A stretch of DNA of 54,762 bases from an uncultured bacterium (lineage in GTDB: Bacteria > CAIJMQ01): contig CAZNJA010000001.1 in assembly GCA_964573245.1 (NCBI GenBank), forward strand, positions 1 to 54,762, written 5' to 3'. The translations under genes were made by a program, and so were the position numbers. This document shows, in pieces, positions 42,953-52,338 of this stretch (position 1 is its first letter; each line of letters begins with the position of its first letter). The notes under the pieces were generated by a model. That model had not been told where the DNA came from, did not search any database, and saw nothing but the letters and a program-made list of their open reading frames with translations.

Positions 42953-43060
42953 AAATACAGAACGAAGGACGAAAGACGAGGGACGAGAAAACGTCCTTCT
43001 TCCTAGCGGCTCCGACGTTACGTCGGAGGAGCGATCATCCTTCGTGTTTCGTTTTAAAAG
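42953..43060 (+). repeat. Structured inter-tRNA spacer: heptamers ACGARRG x4 plus nested hairpins
   Basis: ACGAAGG ACGAAAG ACGAGGG ACGAGAA (42962-42989). GGGACG/CGTCC(T) pair, the inner palindrome is CTCCGACGttaCGTCGGAG, and the outer pairing is ACGAAGGA/TCCTTCGT. Confidence 0.6.
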
Positions 43061-43137
43061 GGCGGTGTAGCTCAGTTGGTTAGAGCAGCGGAATCATAAT
43101 CCGCGTGTCCGGGGTTCGAATCCCTGCACCGCCACCA
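43061..43137 (+). tRNA. tRNA with anticodon CAT (elongator Met or lysidine-dependent Ile2, undecided)
   Basis: GGCGGTGTAGCTCAGTTGGTTAGAGCAGCGGAATCATAATCCGCGTGTCCGGGGTTCGAATCCCTGCACCGCCACCA has a 7-bp acceptor and anticodon loop AATCATAA-type with A32. tilS lies 95 nt downstream. Confidence 0.85.
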
Positions 43138-43232
43138 TATCGTTACCTATCTGTTTTCAGCGATATTAAATTCCCAATTCCCAATTCGACAAGAATTTGT
43201 CCAATAGTTGTTATTGGTGATATACTAAATTC

Positions 43233-44657
43233 ATGTTGTCAAACAAAAAACAACCACAAATAATAGTAAAAACTCGTAAAACAATCGACAAATTGAATCT
43301 GTTGAAGAGAGGCGACAACGTATTAGTCGCTTTTTCCGGAGGACCCGATTCCTGCGCTTTATTGTACCTTTTATTTGAATTAAAGAAAGAATACGGCATT
43401 TCTCTTTGCGCGGGACATATAAACCACATGTTAAGAGACAAAGAATCTTCCGAAGATGAAAAATGGGTAAAAAAAACGTGTAAAGATTTGAAAATCCCCT
43501 GCAAGACTAAAAAAAAAGATATAAAAAAATTGAAAAAGAAAGGCGAATCGTTGGAAGAAGCGGCAAGAAGAATTAGATATAAGGCATTGGAGGAAATCAC
43601 AAGAAAATTTGGCGCAAATAAAATTGCCTTCGGTCATAATAGAAACGACCAAGTAGAAACAGTCCTTTTTAGAATTATAAGAGGCACGGGAGAAGATGGT
43701 TTAGGCGGGATTCCGGCAGTGAGACAGCTAAATGCCGACATCAAGCTGATTCGCCCTTTGATTGATGTAGGCAGAAAAGAAATTGAGAGGTATCTTGAAT
43801 CCGAAAAGATAAATTATAGGATTGATTCGTCGAATTTAGATGTGAAATTTTTAAGAAACAAAATAAGGCATGAACTTATTCCTTATCTTGAAAAGTTCAA
43901 TCCCAAAATACAAGAAGGACTCGTTAAAGTTTCGCAAATTTCAAGAGAAAACAGCGAGTATATAAAACAGAATACTCAACAAATATTAGAACGGATATCT
44001 ACCCGCATGCCGGATGCCATAAAAATGGACATCAAGAAGTTGATGGCTTATCCCCATATTTTGCGCAACAACATATTAAGAGAGTTTGCCGGGAGATTTA
44101 AAGAGCTTAATTATGCAAACCTCAAAGAAATAGAAAAAATTATCAAGTCCAAAAAGGCAAATTTAAGTTTGTATCTCTCTCCCAAAGTAAAAGTAATAAA
44201 AGAATATGCAAACCTTATCATAAAAAAGGTCGAAAACCTTGAAAAGTCAACTAATGCAAGAGCTTTTTATTATATTTTCAAAGAAGATGGGAAATTTCAT
44301 ATCCCTGAAATAAAAAAGAACATCCACATTGATATAAGGCAAAAATCGAGCAGGACGCCCTTAAAATTTGAAGATGCCAGGCAGATATATCTTGATGCGG
44401 ATAAAGTAAAATTTCCCTTAATACTGAGGACAAGACAAAAAGGCGACCGTTTTTGTCCTTTTGGCATGAATAAGGAAAAGAAACTAAAGGACTTTTTTAT
44501 CGATGAGAAAATTCCCCTTGCCAAGCGGGATAAAATACCGATTTTGGTTTCCGGAGACAGTAGGATCCTTTGGATTGTGGGCTGTCGGAGGGGTAATCCG
44601 GGGAAAATAACCCCGAAAACACGCAAAATTATGAGCATAACGTTAAAAAAGGAATGA
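43233..44657 (+). CDS. tilS: tRNA(Ile)-lysidine synthase
   Basis: 474-aa ORF with the PP-loop VLVAFSGGPDSCAL, HINHMLR and a C-terminal TilS substrate-binding pattern (RTRQKGDRFCPFGM..KKLKDFFID.KIP). Confidence 0.9.
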   Translation: MLSNKKQPQIIVKTRKTIDKLNLLKRGDNVLVAFSGGPDSCALLYLLFELKKEYGISLCAGHINHMLRDKESSEDEKWVKKTCKDLKIPCKTKKKDIKKLKKKGESLEEAARRIRYKALEEITRKFGANKIAFGHNRNDQVETVLFRIIRGTGEDGLGGIPAVRQLNADIKLIRPLIDVGRKEIERYLESEKINYRIDSSNLDVKFLRNKIRHELIPYLEKFNPKIQEGLVKVSQISRENSEYIKQNTQQILERISTRMPDAIKMDIKKLMAYPHILRNNILREFAGRFKELNYANLKEIEKIIKSKKANLSLYLSPKVKVIKEYANLIIKKVENLEKSTNARAFYYIFKEDGKFHIPEIKKNIHIDIRQKSSRTPLKFEDARQIYLDADKVKFPLILRTRQKGDRFCPFGMNKEKKLKDFFIDEKIPLAKRDKIPILVSGDSRILWIVGCRRGNPGKITPKTRKIMSITLKKE

Positions 44658-45553
44658 ATAGCCGATATTTGAAAATTTGGTTATTTGTTTTTGTTGTATT
44701 TGCATTGGTATCTGCAGATATAAGGGGTTTTTCTTTTTTAGAGAAAGAACAAGTTGAGGCAAGGTCAATATCTTTTTTGGAAAAACTCATTTATGAAAAA
44801 GTAAACGAAGAGCGCCTCAAACATAGTCTCTTGGGGGTGCAGTGGGCTTCGGATGTAGCAGAGGTGGCGCGCAAGCATTCACAAGATATGGCTATTAAAG
44901 GATATTTTGCGCATGAGAATAAAGAAAAGGAAACAGTAAGCGAGCGTTTGACAAAAGCGGGAATTGCTTTTACCGTATCAGCCGAGAATTTGTTTAAGTG
45001 CGAAAATTATCCCGATATAGTGGAAGAATCGGTACAAGGTTGGATGCAAAGTTCGGGACACAGGGAAAATATCCTTAATGATAAGGTTGAAGAAACAGGA
45101 GTTGGAATTTATAAGGTTGATGGCAAAAATGAGTATTACGTTACTCAGAATTTTATCAAGAGAGCATTGAAATTCGTTCCTGCACCTTCAAAACTGTCCG
45201 ATGAAGAAATATCTGAAATATTTAATATTATAAAAGATGCTATAACAGGTCCTGATTATAGAAATGTTCCTTTAAAAGAAAGAATCGTAAAAAAACTTAT
45301 AAATTCCAATATTGCGGTTAAAAGGGGTGTGACTGTTGAAGGTTTTTTAAGAGGATATCCAGAAGTAAAAATGGCAGTTGATTTGGTAGCCTCTGATGGT
45401 TTTATCATTGATTTTACACGGAGGGCATTTGAAGACGAAAAAGAAACTTTTAGCCGACTTGTAACTTTGCATGGTTATTCAGCGGTAGTTTTGATACAGG
45501 TAACGAAGAAAAAAGTAGAATATGTTCTGATAAGAGCCGGACAGTCAGAATGA
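44654..45553 (+). CDS. Secreted CAP/SCP (YkwD-like) domain protein with a C-terminal extension
   Basis: Signal peptide, then ARKHSQDMAIKGYFAHEN...AENL...VQGWMQSSGHRENIL...GVG. Confidence 0.7.
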   Translation: MNSRYLKIWLFVFVVFALVSADIRGFSFLEKEQVEARSISFLEKLIYEKVNEERLKHSLLGVQWASDVAEVARKHSQDMAIKGYFAHENKEKETVSERLTKAGIAFTVSAENLFKCENYPDIVEESVQGWMQSSGHRENILNDKVEETGVGIYKVDGKNEYYVTQNFIKRALKFVPAPSKLSDEEISEIFNIIKDAITGPDYRNVPLKERIVKKLINSNIAVKRGVTVEGFLRGYPEVKMAVDLVASDGFIIDFTRRAFEDEKETFSRLVTLHGYSAVVLIQVTKKKVEYVLIRAGQSE

Positions 45554-45888
45554 CAAAAGATAAATTCCAAAAACTGGTAAAGGAATCTTTGGAAGAATTG
45601 CCTAAACAATTCAAAAATAAGCTGCAAAATGTCGATATAGTCGTAGAAGAGGACATGCCGACAAACTTTGTAAAACGCGGAATGGTTTTGTTGGGATTAT
45701 ATAGGGGAATACCGTTAAGAAAACGAAGTGTTTGGCATAGTTTTACTTTACCGGATAAAATAACGATATACAAGAATACTATAGAACAAATGTGCGGCAG
45801 TGATGTGGAGATAAAACGGAAAATTTCAGAAGTGCTTTATCATGAAATCGGGCATCATTTCGGTTTAAGCGAAGAAGAATTAAAATAA
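45550..45888 (+). CDS. Small zincin-like metallopeptidase-fold protein (DUF1025/Zincin_1-like)
   Basis: 112-aa ORF with C-terminal LYHEIGHHFGLSEEEL (HExxH). Confidence 0.6.
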   Translation: MTKDKFQKLVKESLEELPKQFKNKLQNVDIVVEEDMPTNFVKRGMVLLGLYRGIPLRKRSVWHSFTLPDKITIYKNTIEQMCGSDVEIKRKISEVLYHEIGHHFGLSEEELK

Positions 45889-45914
45889 GCACTTAAAACA
45901 TAAGACGATTTGAT

Positions 45915-46853
45915 ATGAAAATAATATTTTTTGGTTCGGATAATTTTGCTATTCCTTCGCTGAAATTGTTATCTGAAAAGAAAGAAGATATAAATATTCT
46001 AAGTATTATTACTAAACCGGACAGAAGAAAAGGCAGGGGATTGGAAATTATTCCTTTGGATATAAAGGATTTGGCGTTAAAACTTGGTTTAAATGTATAT
46101 CAACCCGAGAAGATTGATGATGAGACGGCGTCTTATATAATGTCTCTTGCGCCTGAATTAATAGTTGTTGTTGCTTATGGTAAAATTCTTCCGAAGAAAA
46201 TACTGGAAATTCCCCCAAAAGGATGTGTTAATCTGCATTCTTCTTTTCTTCCGGATTTAAGAGGAGCGGGTGCTATTCCTTTTAGTATTCTTCGCGGATA
46301 TAAACACACGGGTGTTACGACTATGTATATGAACGAAAAGGTAGATGCGGGAGATATTATCGACCAGGAAAAGATAGAAATTGACCGAGAAGATACATCC
46401 GCCACTTTATCCGAAAAGTTGGCTAGGGAAGGAGCTAACCTGTTATATCGCACTTTGGAAAGCATTGAAGAGGGCAAAGCAGCGGTTATTGCACAAGACG
46501 ATAATAAAGCAACTTATGCTCCGAGGCTAAAAAAAGAGGATGGCTTAATAGATTGGAATAAGAGCGCAGAGGAAATTTTTAATCTTGTGAGGGGACTGAA
46601 TCCCTGGCCGTCTGCTTACACATATTTAGAAGGTAAAATGTTGAAGATACATAAAGCGCAGACAATTCAATCTCTTGATTTAAAAGCGAACCCTGGTGAG
46701 ATAGCAGAAGTTGATAAAAATAATCTTATTGTTGCTACAGGTAATGGGAATTTAAGTATTTTGGAAGTGCAGATGGAAGGCAAGAGAAAAATGCGCGCGC
46801 ACGATTTTTTACAGGGGCATAAATTAAGAAAAGGAGCAAGGTTTTCAAAATGA
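45915..46853 (+). CDS. fmt: Methionyl-tRNA formyltransferase
   Basis: 312-aa ORF with MKIIFFGSDNFAIPSL, NLHSSFLPDLRGAGAI and a C-terminal OB-like domain. Confidence 0.92.
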   Translation: MKIIFFGSDNFAIPSLKLLSEKKEDINILSIITKPDRRKGRGLEIIPLDIKDLALKLGLNVYQPEKIDDETASYIMSLAPELIVVVAYGKILPKKILEIPPKGCVNLHSSFLPDLRGAGAIPFSILRGYKHTGVTTMYMNEKVDAGDIIDQEKIEIDREDTSATLSEKLAREGANLLYRTLESIEEGKAAVIAQDDNKATYAPRLKKEDGLIDWNKSAEEIFNLVRGLNPWPSAYTYLEGKMLKIHKAQTIQSLDLKANPGEIAEVDKNNLIVATGNGNLSILEVQMEGKRKMRAHDFLQGHKLRKGARFSK

Positions 46854-47872
46854 AAGCAGCAGTTCTTTACGGTCCAAGAGATATTAGATTGGAGGATGTT
46901 GAAAAACCCTCTATAAACGATAAGGAAGTTCTCGTAAAAATTAAAGTTGCGTTGACTTGCGGGACTGATGTTAAGGTTTATCGAGAAGGCGGACATCCAA
47001 AAATGATTTTTGTACCGTCCCTATTTGGACATGAATGGTCGGGAATCATTGAAAAAGCGGGCAAAAGCGTTGTCGGTTTTAAAAAAGGCGACAGAGTTGT
47101 TGCGGCAAATTCCGCTCCTTGTTTTAAATGTTATTACTGCAAGATGAATCAATTCTCCCTATGCGAAAATTTAATCTTTTTAAACGGAGCCTATGCTGAA
47201 TACATAAGAGTCCCTGAAGCGATTGTAAAAACGAATATGTTTCGCATACCTTCGAATATTACATATGAGGAAGCGGCGTTTTTGGAACCGCTTTCTTGCG
47301 TTCTTCATGGAATTGAAGACATCGGTTTTGAAAAGGACGAGAATGTGGTAATAATTGGAGCGGGCCCCGTCGGACTTGTTTTTCTTCTTGTTTTGAAAAA
47401 TATCGGGGCAAAGGTCGTTGTTGTGGAAAAGAACGAACAGAGATTGAAAATAGCGGAAAATTTAGGATGCGATAAGACTATTTTGACAAGAGAAAACGAT
47501 GATTTCATAACCGATATCAAGAAAATTTTTGGCAGAGGGGCAGATTTAGCAATAGAAGCCACAGGCAATCCGAAAGCTTGGGAAGATAGCGTTAAAATGG
47601 TAAGAGGAAGCGGGAGAGTTCTTTTCTTTGGGGGTTGCAAGCGAGGCGAGAAAATAAAATTGGATACCGAAATTCTTCATTATTCTCAAATTACGACAAA
47701 GGGTGTTTTCCATCATGCTCCTGTCCATGTAGAGGAAGCGCATGCTTTAATCGCAAAACAGGAATTGAATCTGTCGCGTCTGATTACAGATAAAATCCCA
47801 TTGAGGGACATTTTGGGAGCGTTTAAAAAAATAATAGCAGGCGAAGGAATAAAAATTGCGATTATCCCTTGA
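46850..47872 (+). CDS. Zinc-dependent medium-chain alcohol/polyol dehydrogenase
   Basis: 340-aa ORF with CGTDV, GHEWSGIIEKAG, a structural-Zn Cys cluster (CFKCYYCKMNQFSLC) and GAGPVGL (Rossmann). It has an ATGA overlap with fmt. Confidence 0.85.
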   Translation: MKAAVLYGPRDIRLEDVEKPSINDKEVLVKIKVALTCGTDVKVYREGGHPKMIFVPSLFGHEWSGIIEKAGKSVVGFKKGDRVVAANSAPCFKCYYCKMNQFSLCENLIFLNGAYAEYIRVPEAIVKTNMFRIPSNITYEEAAFLEPLSCVLHGIEDIGFEKDENVVIIGAGPVGLVFLLVLKNIGAKVVVVEKNEQRLKIAENLGCDKTILTRENDDFITDIKKIFGRGADLAIEATGNPKAWEDSVKMVRGSGRVLFFGGCKRGEKIKLDTEILHYSQITTKGVFHHAPVHVEEAHALIAKQELNLSRLITDKIPLRDILGAFKKIIAGEGIKIAIIP

Positions 47873-47921
47873 ATTTTAAAGTTGGTGGTTAACAATTTGG
47901 ACTTTGTGATAAAATAGCAAT

Positions 47922-48800
47922 ATGAAATTAAAACTTGGAATACCTAAAGGTAGTTTACAGGAATCAACCTTGAGGCTTTTTGCCAAAGCCGGTTTTAATA
48001 TGATAGTAGGCAAGCGTTCTTATTTCCCATCGATAGACGACGCGGAAATCGAGCCTATGCTTATAAGGGCGCAGGAAATACCCAAATATGTTGCAAGCGG
48101 TGTTATAGATGCCGGGCTTACGGGTATGGATTGGGTAAAAGAAAATAAAGCAAAAGTGACTGAAGTTTGTGAACTTATATATGCCAAAGAGGGAATGAAG
48201 CCCGTTAAGTGGGTGCTTGCTGTTCCCAATGATTCAAAAATAAATAGTGTTAAAGATTTGCAGGGTAAAAGAATAGCTACGGAGCTCGTAGAAGTTACGA
48301 AAGAATATCTCAAGAAGAACAAAGTGAATGCTATAGTTGAGTTTTCGTGGGGTGCTACCGAAGTCAAACCACCATATTTAGCTGATGCTATTGTAGAGCT
48401 TACCGAAACCGGAGCTTCTTTAAGAGCAAGTAATCTTAGAATCATTGATACTATTTTGGAATCTACTACCAGACTTATTGCAAATAACAAGTCTTATTCT
48501 GACAAATGGAAGAAGGCAAAAATAGATAATATTGCTCTGTTGTTAAAAGGGGCGTTAAATGCGGAAGGTAAAGTAGGATTGAAGATGAATGTTTTATATA
48601 AAAAGAAACAATGTTCGCAGGTAACCGATATTTTCGTCAATATGGGTATTAATCCCACCATTTCAAAACTTGCCGAAGGCAACGGTTATGCCGTTGAAGT
48701 AATAATAGAAGAAGAAAAAGTGAAAGATTTAATTCCTTTACTTAAAAAAGCAGGTGCCTCGGACATTATAGAATATCCTTTGAATAAGGTTGTGCCTTAG
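47922..48800 (+). CDS. hisG: ATP phosphoribosyltransferase (long form)
   Basis: 292-aa ORF with [23 protein letters not shown] and [12 protein letters not shown] motifs and a C-terminal regulatory domain. No other his genes are adjacent. Confidence 0.88.
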   Translation: MKLKLGIPKGSLQESTLRLFAKAGFNMIVGKRSYFPSIDDAEIEPMLIRAQEIPKYVASGVIDAGLTGMDWVKENKAKVTEVCELIYAKEGMKPVKWVLAVPNDSKINSVKDLQGKRIATELVEVTKEYLKKNKVNAIVEFSWGATEVKPPYLADAIVELTETGASLRASNLRIIDTILESTTRLIANNKSYSDKWKKAKIDNIALLLKGALNAEGKVGLKMNVLYKKKQCSQVTDIFVNMGINPTISKLAEGNGYAVEVIIEEEKVKDLIPLLKKAGASDIIEYPLNKVVP

Positions 48801-48879
48801 CCCCGTTAGAAACAGGTTCAGATTTTGGACGACCGTAAGTCTAATTTAATGTGAGATATCTTTATCCCCCAACTTTATT

Positions 48880-50589
48880 ATGAGCAAAATAATCCGGAAC
48901 TCTATTTTTTTGTTTGTTTTTCTTCTGAGTAATTTTATTCTCCTGCAGGATTTGTATCCTGCTTCAAAAGAGACTTATTGCGCTTATGCCCACTTCTTAA
49001 ACGGTCAGTTGTCAAAAATAGAGGGTAATGCTGAAAGAGTTGTTCAAGAATATGAGAAAGCGCTTGAATGCGATCCCTCCTCTTTTTATCTGCGTAAAGA
49101 ATTGATAACTTTATTCCTTACCCAAGGTAAGATGGGTTTGGCAAGAGACTTATTGGAAGATACGTTAAGACATTTTCCCGATGAGGAGAATTTGCGGTTG
49201 GTTCTGGCGCAGGTATATAAAAAAGAAGGGAAGAATAGAAACGCTTTTAGAATTGCGGACGGGATTTTAAAGAAAAATCCACAAAGTCAAAACGCAAATT
49301 ACTTGCTTTTTACGCTTTTTCTGGGCCGGGAGGAATGGGAAAAAGCCGAAAAGCATGCTCAAAGAGTAATAGAATTGCATGATAGCGAAAACGCAGAAGA
49401 ACTAAAAAACATTTATTTTATGCTCGCGATGGAATATGCGAGAGTCGAAAATTTTGAAAAAGGATTGAAGTATTTAAAACAGGCGCAAACTTTTTCTGCA
49501 AACGACGCAGAGTTATACGCAGCGCTGGGAACTTTTTACGAAGGCGACGGGAAACTCGAGGAAGCTTTAAGCGAATATAAAAAAGCGCTTGAGATTTCGC
49601 CTTTTTCCCTTGCGCTTTATTATAAAATAGGCGAAATATACAACCGTTTAGACAGAATAGATGAGGCTATTTCTGTATACGAGAAAGCCCTTCAGATAAA
49701 CAACAGTGACTATATAAGTTTAACAAACCTTGCGCAGCTTTATTATAGACAGGGAGAATACCAAAAAGGATTGAAGGTTTTACAGGATTGTCCGATTAAA
49801 GACGCTAATATTTATTATCTTTTGGGCACATTCTTCATTCAACTTGAAAAGATGAACGAAGCCGAAGAAAATCTAAAAAGGGCTGTTAATCTAACGCCGA
49901 ATTCTTATGCTCCTTATTTGCTCCTTATTCATATATACGGCATGCAGAATGAAAAAGACAAAGCATTGTCTTTACTGGACAATGCTTCGGAAAAATCTTT
50001 ACTCGCCGAAGATAGAATAAATCTTTTGTTTGGAATAGCGCATTTGCAATTCAAAAATTACGATGAGGCAATAAAATATCTAAGGAAAGCGCATCAATTA
50101 AATCCCGATGACGATTTTATAGCATTTCATCTGGCGTCTTCTTACGAGCAAAACGGTGACTCTTTTAGGGCGGTTTATTATTTGAAAAAGGCAATAAAAA
50201 TAAATCCCGAGAATGCGGAAGCGTTGAATTATTTGGGGTATATGTTTGCCGAAGAGGGAACAAACTTGAACGAAGCAATGTTCTTAATAGAAAAAGCATT
50301 ACAGATAGAACCTGACAACGGCTATTTCGTGGACTCGCTGGGATGGGTGTATTATCAGAAAGGGCTTTTGGACAAAGCACTTACGCAGCTTAATAGGGCA
50401 ATTGAACTTTTAAAAGCGGAAGGTGAGGACGATGCCATAATACGCGAACATTTAGGAGATGCGTATTATGAAAAGGGCGAGTTTTTGAAAGCAAAAGAAC
50501 AGTGGGGAATTTCCCTTTCCCTTGATTCTACGAGGGAAGAAGTAAAAAAGAAACTGGATAAAGCCGAAGATAGATTAGAGAAAAAGTAA
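48880..50589 (+). CDS. Large TPR repeat protein with an N-terminal signal/anchor
   Basis: 569-aa ORF with many 34-aa TPR units (e.g. AEALNYLGYMFAEEGTNLNEAMFLIEKALQIEPDN). Confidence 0.75.
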   Translation: MSKIIRNSIFLFVFLLSNFILLQDLYPASKETYCAYAHFLNGQLSKIEGNAERVVQEYEKALECDPSSFYLRKELITLFLTQGKMGLARDLLEDTLRHFPDEENLRLVLAQVYKKEGKNRNAFRIADGILKKNPQSQNANYLLFTLFLGREEWEKAEKHAQRVIELHDSENAEELKNIYFMLAMEYARVENFEKGLKYLKQAQTFSANDAELYAALGTFYEGDGKLEEALSEYKKALEISPFSLALYYKIGEIYNRLDRIDEAISVYEKALQINNSDYISLTNLAQLYYRQGEYQKGLKVLQDCPIKDANIYYLLGTFFIQLEKMNEAEENLKRAVNLTPNSYAPYLLLIHIYGMQNEKDKALSLLDNASEKSLLAEDRINLLFGIAHLQFKNYDEAIKYLRKAHQLNPDDDFIAFHLASSYEQNGDSFRAVYYLKKAIKINPENAEALNYLGYMFAEEGTNLNEAMFLIEKALQIEPDNGYFVDSLGWVYYQKGLLDKALTQLNRAIELLKAEGEDDAIIREHLGDAYYEKGEFLKAKEQWGISLSLDSTREEVKKKLDKAEDRLEKK

Positions 50590-50652
50590 AAGACCCGACA
50601 TCAATTCCATTTTAATTGATTGTCACCTAGATGGGCAAATTCGCCTTTAAAG

Positions 50653-52338
50653 TTATGTTGGTTTTAGAATAAAAATGAGTTGTAGTTGTGGCATAGCTGG
50701 GTACAGATCTGACGACCATATTCCTTCTACATAACAACATCCATCAAAAGGGTCACTACACGGTGGAGATGGTAGTGAAGGAATAGCTTCAGAAACTTGA
50801 TTGTTTGTTGTTAGACCTAAGTATGTATTACCAGAATAATTTATCATCTCTTGTGGGATTTCCCATTGAGTTCCTACCGAAAAATCACCTGTAATTATTT
50901 TTTCTGGGCATTGAGAGTAATTTGATGTTTTCCACTCATTTAATCCAACAACAGTTTTACCAGAAGCATTATAAACTCTGAAATATGTATCTCTAGCCAA
51001 ATTTACCGAAATCCAACCGCCAGATGCTCCCTTATTAATTTTAACATAGGTTTTTAAAACGTTTTCCTGGGGAATTATACTGGTATTAAGTTGCCAAACA
51101 GCATTCCTCATTTGAAAAATACAAAAGTCATAGTCAGGCTCAGGTGGGTAAAGGCCCATAGATGTAAACACGCCAGCGTAAAGCTCACCACCACTACAAG
51201 CTCCCATCCTCCCAAGGTCTAATTCTTCGAATTGACTACCCATCGTACAACTCCATGCTATTCCAAATAGGTTGAACGCACAGTAAACATCATATCGCAG
51301 ACCTGCTATGCAACCTCCCACTATTGTTTGTGTAACGGGTAACAAAATGCACACCCCTATACTAATATCCTCCCTATTCCCTGCCTGGTCGTAGGCTAAG
51401 ATGTGGAGGGTATATGCACCGGCAAAGGGACTGTCAGAGCCATCCTCTTCATCAATATTCCAATTTGCTTTATATATACCGCCGACTGTTTCCGGATGAG
51501 CATCTATTTCTATTCTTTTACCACTATTGTTTCCTTCAAATATATCCGGGGTATCATCAGGCGCACCAACCCAAAAATCAGTCATTCTAATTCCAGAGCC
51601 ATAATTACCATCACTTACATTTACTTCTATAGTTACTATGTCAGTAATTGGGCTATCGTAAACATAATATATACCGCCATCAGGTTCTATTAGTTCACCA
51701 TTTTGAAGGACTCTTTCTATTTCTACTGTTTCTACTTCTGCAGAAGTACGTTCTGAAAGAAGCGGAGAATTCATCTGATTTTTAGGAGTAATGAAATTTC
51801 TTCCCGGGAATGCGGCGATAGAAGGATTACAAGTATCGCCGGGGACTAAATCTACCCCTACCATTTCATAGCAATATTCAACTAAGCCATCACATCTAAA
51901 AGAGATGCCGGGTTTTTTATAACCCCACAAACTGTGGAATTTAATTCCTATTTGATTCTTAGCCGTTCCCGCTATTATTGCCCGTTGTAGACGAGTCAAA
52001 TTTGCGGTTCGGACTCCCCAAAAGGCTGCTCCGTCAGATAAAAATTTTGCTATGTTATTTTTGCTTACAGGCAATCCTATACCTAAAGCTTCTATAGTAG
52101 AATATTGAGAAGAATCGTGGGTGTCTGTTTCTGTTATAGGCCATTCATAAAAAATACCGGTATGCCCCTCCATATTAGTTGGGGGTGTTTTCCCCTTACG
52201 ATATATAGCGTCTCCTTTTTCAAAAACCACAGCATGCCCGTCAACCGAACCCAAGTCACCTGCATAAAGAGAGAAAGACAAAAGACAAAACATTGCCACA
52301 AAATAGAAGCTCTTTAGCTCAAATTTTATTTTCTTCAT
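50653..52338 (-). CDS. Secreted protein with an N-terminal permuted papain-fold (YiiX/C92-like NlpC/P60-superfamily) domain and a Cys-rich C-terminal region
   Basis: The start is set at MKKIKFELKSFYFVAMFCLLSFSLYA, with an ATGA overlap with the upstream stop. The His-before-Cys order (GHTGIFYEW ... SFRCDGLVEYCYEMVG) resembles permuted NlpC/P60 enzymes. The call is weak. Confidence 0.4.
   Translation of the reverse strand: MKKIKFELKSFYFVAMFCLLSFSLYAGDLGSVDGHAVVFEKGDAIYRKGKTPPTNMEGHTGIFYEWPITETDTHDSSQYSTIEALGIGLPVSKNNIAKFLSDGAAFWGVRTANLTRLQRAIIAGTAKNQIGIKFHSLWGYKKPGISFRCDGLVEYCYEMVGVDLVPGDTCNPSIAAFPGRNFITPKNQMNSPLLSERTSAEVETVEIERVLQNGELIEPDGGIYYVYDSPITDIVTIEVNVSDGNYGSGIRMTDFWVGAPDDTPDIFEGNNSGKRIEIDAHPETVGGIYKANWNIDEEDGSDSPFAGAYTLHILAYDQAGNREDISIGVCILLPVTQTIVGGCIAGLRYDVYCAFNLFGIAWSCTMGSQFEELDLGRMGACSGGELYAGVFTSMGLYPPEPDYDFCIFQMRNAVWQLNTSIIPQENVLKTYVKINKGASGGWISVNLARDTYFRVYNASGKTVVGLNEWKTSNYSQCPEKIITGDFSVGTQWEIPQEMINYSGNTYLGLTTNNQVSEAIPSLPSPPCSDPFDGCCYVEGIWSSDLYPAMPQLQLIFILKPT

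Noticed and set aside
45550-45888. The HExxH protein immediately upstream of fmt might be peptide deformylase, as in the canonical def-fmt operon.
   Set aside because: It is only 112 aa and lacks the GxGxAAxQ and EGCLS deformylase motifs. It fits the small Zincin_1/DUF1025 pattern instead.
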